A DNA stretch of 53,429 nucleotides from Methanobacteriota archaeon. Lineage in GTDB: Archaea > Halobacteriota > Methanosarcinia > Methanosarcinales > Methanosarcinaceae. A program made the position numbers and the translations under genes. Below are positions 46,551-53,429 of the stretch, in pieces. How positions within the stretch are numbered: the first letter of the stretch is position 1; every line of letters starts with the position of its first letter. The stretch spans positions 1 through 53,429 of the forward strand of contig JAYEHR010000027.1 in assembly GCA_034659615.1 (NCBI GenBank), in the 5' to 3' direction. The notes beneath the pieces are model-generated. The model was not told the origin of the DNA. It ran no database searches and was given only the letters and a program-made list of their open reading frames with translations.

Positions 46551-46814
46551 ATGAGTGATATCAATGAAACAGACCGGTTCAGATGTATAGTCGTGAACGT
46601 TATCGATAGCCTGAAATGGAAGGGTGTAACGGTAGAAGAAGAAGGGTCGGGAGGCAGGGTCTATTTTGGAAGGACAAAGCCTGAACATAATATCAGTATA
46701 GGGGATAAACTATTCATAGGTGTCAAAGAACTTGACTATGGTGTGGAGGAGATGAAGGTGGAAGTGAGCCTCTATGATGCTGACGATAAACGCCTGGACT
46801 GGACATTTATCTGA
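46551..46814 (+). CDS. hypothetical protein, 87 aa
   Basis: ORF only, 58 nt after the AAA gene. No motif recognised. Confidence 0.4.
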   Translation: MSDINETDRFRCIVVNVIDSLKWKGVTVEEEGSGGRVYFGRTKPEHNISIGDKLFIGVKELDYGVEEMKVEVSLYDADDKRLDWTFI

Positions 46815-47562
46815 TATGATCACTCGTTGACCAGTCGATCTCATATTCGTGCATCACGCCATTCTCATCCTCGCATGCTATTCTGCGACGGGGGTGTTTC
46901 ATGATAACATCGACACATTGATTATCAAATATGTTGATCGGACCGTTCCACTCACGTTTAATGGCATCTACGTCAAATAATTCTGTGACATTGATCACAC
47001 CATCATCGCAGGAATATTTTGTCCCTGATGGTAGCCGCTCCGGTACAAGCTCATAACGCGGTTCTGTGCTCATCTCATACCATTTCCTGTTGAGCACCAC
47101 ATACCAACGATCTGCTGATACCACCTGCTCATACAGCGCCTCGATAACATAATGTATGTTAATGGAGAGCTTCTTCTCTTTTGGCATATTTCTTGGACTG
47201 AGTTCCTTCTTGCGGTTTGAATCAAAACCAAAGGTTTCCGGATATCTGAATGCATGACTCAGGTTGAGTTTCTCTGCTATGACCTTGCTGAGGTCATGCT
47301 CTACCAGAGAAGGGTCGGCAATGTTGAGCGCAATGGCCTGATCTATATGATTCAGTGGAATATCGTTATCTTCTTTTGCAAGACGTAGGGCCGTATTGCA
47401 CACTTTAGGAGTGACCCTGTCGATACCTTTGGAGATCTGTTTCCCTTTGTCCTTGAGTGCTGCCGTTCGTGCAATGGCCTCGTTGAACTCATCGATGTGA
47501 TAGGGATCGATGACGTGCTTTTCTTTCAGCCTATTAGAATCGCTAAACCTGTCATGACGCAT
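46807..47562 (-). CDS. hypothetical protein (~251 aa), no recognisable domain
   Basis: The track ORF runs 46807-47652. Codons 22-26 of that ORF spell TTATATTGTATATAT, a TATA-box-like string. I therefore place the start at ATG 47562 (MRHDRF...), giving a leaderless-type mRNA. The start is uncertain. Confidence 0.5.
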   Translation of the reverse strand: MRHDRFSDSNRLKEKHVIDPYHIDEFNEAIARTAALKDKGKQISKGIDRVTPKVCNTALRLAKEDNDIPLNHIDQAIALNIADPSLVEHDLSKVIAEKLNLSHAFRYPETFGFDSNRKKELSPRNMPKEKKLSINIHYVIEALYEQVVSADRWYVVLNRKWYEMSTEPRYELVPERLPSGTKYSCDDGVINVTELFDVDAIKREWNGPINIFDNQCVDVIMKHPRRRIACEDENGVMHEYEIDWSTSDHIR

Positions 47563-47707
47563 GATTGCCATCACCATATATACAATATAACTCCCCTGTC
47601 TTAAACTGTTATCGGTGAGCAAGGTGAGGGAACTGCTAGCACCAGATATCAATTAGTATCAGGGAGTTCAATGAGTATCGAAAGGCATTCCTGCAGACAG
47701 CAGGATA

Positions 47708-48625
47708 TTATTTATTCCGATGGGGAATATCCAGTACCATCAGGTCCTCTGCGATAGTGACATTATCGAATATCTCCTTTGCCTCTTTGAGCAGAGGAGT
47801 CGAGTCCTCACTATATCTGGAACTGATATGGGTTAGTATCAGGCGCTGCACTCCGGCATCTTTCGCCACAGATGCAGCCTCTCTGGCCGTCGAATGCATG
47901 GACTCCACGGCCCATTCGGCCTTTTCAGAAGACAGTGTACCGTCATGGATCAACAGGTCTGCATCCCTGCTTGCATCCAGTATGGCATCACAGGGCCTAC
48001 TGTCACCGGTGTAAACGATCTTCCTGCCCGGCCTGGGCGCACCCACCACATCCTCCGAACGTACTACAGTTCCATCGATCTCCACCCCTCCTCCTCGCTG
48101 CAGTTCTGAGAACAGGGGGCCCACGGGCACTCCAAGTTCGACCGCCTTGTTCCTGTCAAACCGCCCGGGACGCTCATCCTCTACCAGCACATAGCCAATA
48201 CTTGGGACACTGTGCATGGTCTCGATGGCTTGGACAGAATATCCCTCGCAGGTTACAACATCCCCTGGCTCGAGCTGGACTGCCTGGACCTCAAATCTCA
48301 GTTTATAGTATCCCAGAGCTACCAGGAGCTTGGCGAATTCCTTTACCCAATGCGGACCATAGATCGTGAGGGGGTTGGTGCGACCGTGAAAGGACATCGT
48401 CTGAATAAGCCCAGGGATCCCCAGAATATGATCGCCATGAAAATGAGTGAGATATATAGAGGATAACGCCATCATACCCGTCTTTGCACGCATCATCTGC
48501 TGCTGGGTACCCTCCCCACAGTCGAACAGAATGAGTTCACCTTTCCGGTTGACCAGTATTGCGGACGGGTTCCTGCTGGTGGTGGGCAGTGATCCACCGG
48601 TTCCAAGAAATGTTATGCGAAGCAT
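47708..48625 (-). CDS. rnz: ribonuclease Z (tRNA 3' endonuclease)
   Basis: MLRITFLGTGGSLPT... and HFHGDH metallo-beta-lactamase motif. 305 aa. Confidence 0.9.
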   Translation of the reverse strand: MLRITFLGTGGSLPTTSRNPSAILVNRKGELILFDCGEGTQQQMMRAKTGMMALSSIYLTHFHGDHILGIPGLIQTMSFHGRTNPLTIYGPHWVKEFAKLLVALGYYKLRFEVQAVQLEPGDVVTCEGYSVQAIETMHSVPSIGYVLVEDERPGRFDRNKAVELGVPVGPLFSELQRGGGVEIDGTVVRSEDVVGAPRPGRKIVYTGDSRPCDAILDASRDADLLIHDGTLSSEKAEWAVESMHSTAREAASVAKDAGVQRLILTHISSRYSEDSTPLLKEAKEIFDNVTIAEDLMVLDIPHRNK

Positions 48626-48795
48626 GTAATACCATTACGTTATAGGGTTATTTATGGATTGTCCAATATTGTACCGGACTGAAGCTCACTCGAAAAGTTC
48701 ATATACAATCCTATTAGTAAAGGACTCTCCATAGATAATAGTATCATGATGGCCCAGCGTGGTCATTCAACTAATATTGATCAGAGGTTAATATC

Positions 48796-49173
48796 ATGAA
48801 ATATCAGGGAAAATCAAGAAGAAGATTGACAGGAGCAAAAAGAAAGACATCACACAGCAAGAGGAAATATGAGCTTGGCCGTGAAGCTGCTGAGACACAT
48901 ATCAATGAGACAAAGAGGAAAAACGTTGCGACCACCGGTGGCAACAGAAAGGTCAGGTTGATGCAGTGCAATGTTGTGAACGTGACCGACCCATCCAACG
49001 GGAACATAACAGTGACCTCTATTGATAACGTGGTCGACAATGCGGCAAATGAGCACTACGTACGACGTAATATCATCACCAAGGGCTCGATCATAACAAC
49101 AGGCCTTGGAGATGCAAAAGTTACCAGTCGCCCAGGCCAGGATGGCGTAGTCAACGCAATGCTGATCAAATGA
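48796..49173 (+). CDS. rps8e: 30S ribosomal protein S8e
   Basis: [13 protein letters not shown]...GGNRKVRL...[10 protein letters not shown] is the typical S8e pattern. 125 aa. Confidence 0.95.
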   Translation: MKYQGKSRRRLTGAKRKTSHSKRKYELGREAAETHINETKRKNVATTGGNRKVRLMQCNVVNVTDPSNGNITVTSIDNVVDNAANEHYVRRNIITKGSIITTGLGDAKVTSRPGQDGVVNAMLIK

Positions 49174-49201
49174 TCTTTCGATCCGTTTAAACCCACCAAT
49201 A

Positions 49202-49693
49202 ATGGATAAACAGACACGTGATATACTGGAGATCCTGGAAGAGGATGCAAGAGTGAGTCATGCAGAGATAGCCACTCTTGCAGGCATGTCCGAAGAGGAC
49301 GTCACCAAGACGATCCGACAACTTGAGAAAGCGAAGGTCATACGCCGGTACAGGACAGTTATCGATTGGGAACTTGCAGGTGAGGAGTACATTTATGCGA
49401 TAATAGAACTTAAAGTGAGACTGGAGCGTAAAGAAGGCTACCAGGCGATCGCAGAGCGACTCTATAAATTCCCGGAAGTACGTTCGGTCAGGCTACTTTC
49501 AGGAGAACATGACATCTCCATAACTGTGCGGGGCAATTCCATGAAGCAGGTTGCGTTCTTCGTAGCAGAGAAGATAGCTACACTGGATCAGGTGTACAGC
49601 ACAGCAACACATTTTGTACTCAAGACCTATAAAGAGGACGGACTGATACTGGATGAGCCGGAACAGGTAAAACGGCTGCCTGTGACGCCATAA
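49202..49693 (+). CDS. Lrp/AsnC family transcriptional regulator
   Basis: N-terminal HTH (DKQTRDILEILEEDARVSHAEIATLAGMSEEDV) plus a RAM/ACT-like C-domain. Confidence 0.85.
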   Translation: MDKQTRDILEILEEDARVSHAEIATLAGMSEEDVTKTIRQLEKAKVIRRYRTVIDWELAGEEYIYAIIELKVRLERKEGYQAIAERLYKFPEVRSVRLLSGEHDISITVRGNSMKQVAFFVAEKIATLDQVYSTATHFVLKTYKEDGLILDEPEQVKRLPVTP

Positions 49694-49760
49694 ATAGAAT
49701 CAACAAGAGGGATCCATCCTGAGACAACCATGCAACCCTTCCACATTCATTGCAGGGCAT

Positions 49761-50894
49761 TTGAAGACTGTACCCCCATCAGGCATCAGACGGTTCTTTG
49801 ATCTGGTCTCAGAGATCGATGACGTTATATCACTGGGTGTGGGCGAACCCGATTACGTGACCCCCTGGCATATCAGGGAAGCATGTATCCATTCCCTTGA
49901 GCAGGGAGAGACATCATACACCTCTAATTTTGGTCTCATCGAACTGCGGGAAGAGCTGTCCAGGCTATACACGCAAAAACATGGAGTCTACTACGATCCC
50001 GGAACAGAGATACTTGTCACCACCGGTGTGAGTGAAGCTCTGGACCTTGCCATACGCACCATCGTGAACCCCGGGGACGAGGTGATCGTGGCCCAGCCAT
50101 CGTACGTTGCGTACATCCCAGCCATAATATTTGCAGGCGGGATGCCTGTGTCAGTATCCACGAAGATGGAGAACAATTTTAAACTAACACCACAGGAACT
50201 GGAATCTGCCATCACTGACAGGACAAAGGCTGTCATCATCAACTATCCGAACAATCCTACAGGCGCCACCATGGACAGAGAGGATCTCGAGGCGATCGCG
50301 GATGTGATCGTAGAGCATGACCTCATCATGATCTCGGACGAGGTATACGAATGCCTCACCTACGAAGGAACACATACATGCTTCTCATCCCTGGACGGCA
50401 TGCGTGAGCGCACCATACTGCTCAACGGATTCTCAAAAGCGTATGCAATGACAGGGTTCAGGATGGCATACGCCCTGGCACCGTCGGAAATTATCAGCTC
50501 CATGATGCTGATACACCAGTACACCATGATGTGTGCCCCCATCACCGCCCAGATAGGTGCCATCGAAGCTCTCAAGAACGGGGAGTCGGAGATGAAAAAA
50601 ATGGTCCGCGAATACGACCGCCGCAGACACCTCATCGTTAAAGGGCTCAACGACATTGGCCTTAACTGTTTCAACCCGAAGGGTGCATTCTATGCATTTC
50701 CCTCAGTCCAGGGCACCGGCCTCTCATCCGATGAGTTTGCAGAACACCTGCTCAACGAAGAGCGAGTGGTGACCATACCAGGCAGCGCCTTCGGTGAGAC
50801 CGGGGAAGGGTTCTTAAGATGTGCCTATGCCGCTTCGCGGGAGGATATCAAGGAGGCTCTGGAGCGGATGGATCGGTTCTTGGACAGATTTTAA
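49761..50894 (+). CDS. class I/II pyridoxal-phosphate aminotransferase (aspartate/aromatic type)
   Basis: PPSGIRRFFDL, LGVGEPDY, NYPNNPTG, SFSKAYAMTGFR (PLP Lys). The only canonical start is TTG 49761; homology seems to extend upstream (see findings). Confidence 0.9.
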   Translation: MKTVPPSGIRRFFDLVSEIDDVISLGVGEPDYVTPWHIREACIHSLEQGETSYTSNFGLIELREELSRLYTQKHGVYYDPGTEILVTTGVSEALDLAIRTIVNPGDEVIVAQPSYVAYIPAIIFAGGMPVSVSTKMENNFKLTPQELESAITDRTKAVIINYPNNPTGATMDREDLEAIADVIVEHDLIMISDEVYECLTYEGTHTCFSSLDGMRERTILLNGFSKAYAMTGFRMAYALAPSEIISSMMLIHQYTMMCAPITAQIGAIEALKNGESEMKKMVREYDRRRHLIVKGLNDIGLNCFNPKGAFYAFPSVQGTGLSSDEFAEHLLNEERVVTIPGSAFGETGEGFLRCAYAASREDIKEALERMDRFLDRF

Positions 50895-50938
50895 TTGACG
50901 ACAACATCTATTCTTGACGTCAGTATAAATAATGCATA

Positions 50939-51310
50939 TCACTCCATAAGCAACTCTTTATCGAGATTCTCGATCAGCATGGTCATTTTCTCATACCATT
51001 TATTGATGTCCTCTTTGATCATCTCTTTCACCTGAACCGGATCGATGCCCACATATTCATAGTAATAGCCACCTGCATCGATGGTCCTTGTCTCACGGTA
51101 CACCAGCCCGCTGGAGATAAGATTCTGAAGAGAACGGTAAGCAGTACTACGCTCTCGCTTCAGATGTACGCCCAGTGTCTCCGCAGTCATGGAGCCGTTC
51201 AACAGTAACGATTTGTATGCCTGTATATCAAGTGTCTTAAGCCCAAGCACACATTGCGCCACATCGCAACAGCATTCTGTCCGCAACATCTCTTGTATTG
51301 AATGTGTCAT
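50939..51310 (-). CDS. winged-helix (TrmB/MarR-like) transcriptional regulator
   Basis: GSMTAETLGVHLKRERSTAYRSLQNLISSGLVYRE is an HTH plus wing. 123 aa. Confidence 0.7.
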   Translation of the reverse strand: MTHSIQEMLRTECCCDVAQCVLGLKTLDIQAYKSLLLNGSMTAETLGVHLKRERSTAYRSLQNLISSGLVYRETRTIDAGGYYYEYVGIDPVQVKEMIKEDINKWYEKMTMLIENLDKELLME

Positions 51311-51356
51311 TTTTAACCACTTGTTGAGATCAATAGAATAATAGAACTACAAATAC

Positions 51357-51377
51357 TTTTGCACAGTTTGTGCAAAA
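51357..51377. promoter_or_regulatory. perfect 21-bp palindrome TTTTGCACAgttTGTGCAAAA (candidate operator)
   Basis: 9-bp arms with a 3-bp spacer, midway between the divergent wHTH gene (start 51310) and the ArcS-motif gene (start 51432). A TATA-like ttaattatatatata follows at about 51395-51410. Confidence 0.55.
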
Positions 51378-51431
51378 CCATAATATTCACGTCGTTAATT
51401 ATATATATAGTTTACCAGAATCCATCAACCC

Positions 51432-52115
51432 TTGATACCAATAATCCCTGAGAACGAACGTTCAGGCGAACCCCTTGATACCGAGCGTCTGATATACCAC
51501 CCGGATATGATCCGTGCCAATGAGTGGGTGCTCTCTGAATATGAACCACCACAACGGAAAGTGTGCATCTTTGTCCCCTGTGCAAAACGAAAACCCTACC
51601 ATACCAGTCCCTCCCACCGGATGTACGACAGGGTTATCTTCGGGATACTGCAACCTGAAGATGTGCATGTGGTGGTCTTTGGGACATGTGGGATCACCCC
51701 GCGAGAGCTTGATACCCAGTATCCATTCACAGATTACACATTCATGCTTGGTAAATGCAACGTAGCAAAGATCAAGCGGGATTTCATCAAGATGGAAAGC
51801 GAGCGACTCGCACAATATCTGGAAAAGACACGGGACAGGTACGAGCATCGCATCGCATACTGCCTTGGGGATTTCAGGAAGGCCATGGAAAAAGCCCTGG
51901 AAATGGTGGACATCGAAGTAGAGGTGGTCCCAAAGGAGGAGACGATGTTAAGGAACATCAAACCGGATAAGCACTTCATCTATGGAAGTCTCAGCCAGCA
52001 GGATTACCTGCAGGATCTCTCGGATGCCATCACCAGGAAAATTGGTCTGCCTTCACGTACCGTGGGCGTGCATGAGGAACTGTCCACCAATGATATGGAC
52101 TGGTACCTGCTGTGA
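51432..52115 (+). CDS. stand-alone ArcS-N-terminal-like (DUF5591-type) protein
   Basis: FVPCAKRKPYHTSPSHRMY fits the PC-x3-KPY-x2-S-x2-H motif that I recall as diagnostic of archaeosine synthase. At 227 aa it has no C-terminal PUA-type region. TTG start. Confidence 0.7.
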   Translation: MIPIIPENERSGEPLDTERLIYHPDMIRANEWVLSEYEPPQRKVCIFVPCAKRKPYHTSPSHRMYDRVIFGILQPEDVHVVVFGTCGITPRELDTQYPFTDYTFMLGKCNVAKIKRDFIKMESERLAQYLEKTRDRYEHRIAYCLGDFRKAMEKALEMVDIEVEVVPKEETMLRNIKPDKHFIYGSLSQQDYLQDLSDAITRKIGLPSRTVGVHEELSTNDMDWYLL

Positions 52116-52399
52116 ATCGAGAAGTGAGATCAGGAAGATTGGCTTCGCAAAGAAGTGGATTGAAAATTACTTGTGTCCGGGGATACGACTGCTGGATCTC
52201 ATCCTGTAGAATCCACATGTCACCTCAGGAGATGTTCCAGATGATCATGAGGTTGAAGCTCTATTTATATTATGATAGATACTGATCGCAACCTAGCATA
52301 TATATATGATGTACGATTAAGAGGTCAAACCGTACCCATAATGACATATATTAATATATATTTTAACATATATCAATACAAACAAAGGGAATCACTAAC

Positions 52400-53413
52400 A
52401 TGAGTAAAACAGCAGCAATAATAGAAGGTGACGGTGTCGGCCCTGACCTTGTCGAAGCAATGTTAAAAGTGGTGAAGGCCGCTGGTGCCGATGTCAACTT
52501 TGTGACATGTGAAGCCGGAGCCGAGTGGTGGGAGGAAAATGGCGGAAACTCCCTGATCCCTGATGAGACCTGGGACATCCTGGACAAAGCAGATGTATGC
52601 TTCAAAGGTCCTACCACCACACCTGGAGGCGCTGGTTCACCAAAGAGTGTGGCAGTGTCCATCCGACAGAAGTACAACCTCTATGCGAACGTGCGTCCCA
52701 CAAAGACATTCCCGAACACAAACCACCCACTGGGAGATGTCGATTTAGTATGTGTCCGTGAGGGAACGGAAGGTATGTATATCGGAGAGGAGGTCAAACT
52801 CACGGATGACGTGTACATCGCCATACGAAAGATCACACGTCCTGCCTGCAGGAACATTGCACGATATGCATTTGAGGATGCAAAACGACGAGGGTTTGAT
52901 ACCGTTGTTCCGATCCACAAGAGCAATATATTAAAGCAGACCTGTGGGACATTCCTTGAGGAAGTCGAAAAGGTGGGCCAGGAGTATCCAGACATAGAGA
53001 TATGGCCATATCATATCGATAACATCGCCCAGCAGCTAATCAAAAATCCGCAGTTGTTCAACAAGAAAGTGCTTCTGTCCACCAACCTGTTCATGGATGT
53101 GATCAGCGAAGAATGCTCTGCACTGATCGGCAGCATCGGACTCATCTACTCCGCAAACATAGGGGATGATTTCGCCATGTTTGAACCCGCACACGGTTCT
53201 GCTCCAAAGTACGCCGGTCAGGACAAGGTGAACCCTGTGGCCACCATACTTGCAGGTGCATGGATGCTGGATTACCTGGGTGAAGGGGACAAGGCAGCTG
53301 CCATATTCAAGGCAACTGAGGACGTGATCTCAGAAGGCAAGACCATTACCTACGACCTGGGTGGTAGCGCAAAACTCAGTGAGATGACCGATGCGATCAT
53401 TGCAAAACTGTAA
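52400..53413 (+). CDS. isocitrate/isopropylmalate/homoisocitrate dehydrogenase family protein
   Basis: IEGDGVGPD, VCVREGTEGMY, NLFMDVISEECSALIGSIGL, FEPAHGSAPKYAG (beta-decarboxylating dehydrogenase signatures). 337 aa. Confidence 0.85.
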   Translation: MSKTAAIIEGDGVGPDLVEAMLKVVKAAGADVNFVTCEAGAEWWEENGGNSLIPDETWDILDKADVCFKGPTTTPGGAGSPKSVAVSIRQKYNLYANVRPTKTFPNTNHPLGDVDLVCVREGTEGMYIGEEVKLTDDVYIAIRKITRPACRNIARYAFEDAKRRGFDTVVPIHKSNILKQTCGTFLEEVEKVGQEYPDIEIWPYHIDNIAQQLIKNPQLFNKKVLLSTNLFMDVISEECSALIGSIGLIYSANIGDDFAMFEPAHGSAPKYAGQDKVNPVATILAGAWMLDYLGEGDKAAAIFKATEDVISEGKTITYDLGGSAKLSEMTDAIIAKL

Positions 53414-53429
53414 CTTGAAACATTAAAAG

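Noticed and set aside
1-53429. Mobile elements, integrases, CRISPR arrays, rRNA, toxin-antitoxin pairs.
   Set aside because: I looked for transposase or integrase-like translations, regularly spaced direct repeats, and tRNA 3'-half duplications near the two tRNA genes, and could not support any by eye. A computational repeat or att-site search would still be worthwhile.

Overview
This is a 53.4-kb chromosomal segment of a euryarchaeon, most likely a methanogen of the order Methanosarcinales. Supporting genes are thermosome, PAN, RadB, Orc1/Cdc6, NurA-HerA, SRP19, Sec61beta, S8e, aMBF1, sulfide-type Thi4, homoaconitase-type dehydratase genes, and a giant surface protein with the tandem S-layer duplication domain typical of that order. 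I can support about 60 protein genes, 2 tRNAs (Lys-CUU, His-GUG), several hairpin or oligo-T terminators and a few candidate operators. I recognised no rRNA, CRISPR array, transposase or integrase. The content is mostly housekeeping: a glycine-betaine ABC transporter, a sulfonate/nitrate-type ABC transporter, the class III ribonucleotide reductase operon, thiamine genes, and translation and secretion components. The candidates for unexplored biology are listed here.
1. A tight five-gene operon of function-unknown families (DUF134, Mrp/NBP35, DUF169, toroid-repeat protein, nitroreductase) at 13930-17194.
2. A stand-alone nurA-herA bicistron next to tRNA-Lys.
3. A 1249-aa mosaic S-layer-type protein with 27 N-glycosylation sequons.
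4. A roughly 50-nt sequence element present twice, 30 kb apart, each time just 3' of a small ORF.
5. A stand-alone ArcS-motif protein divergent from a wHTH regulator, with a perfect 21-bp palindrome between them.
6. Two genes (opuAA-like, aminotransferase) that lack a canonical start codon where homology says the protein should begin.
7. A receiver-domain gene remnant.
All calls come from reading the translations and the DNA by eye. No database search was run.
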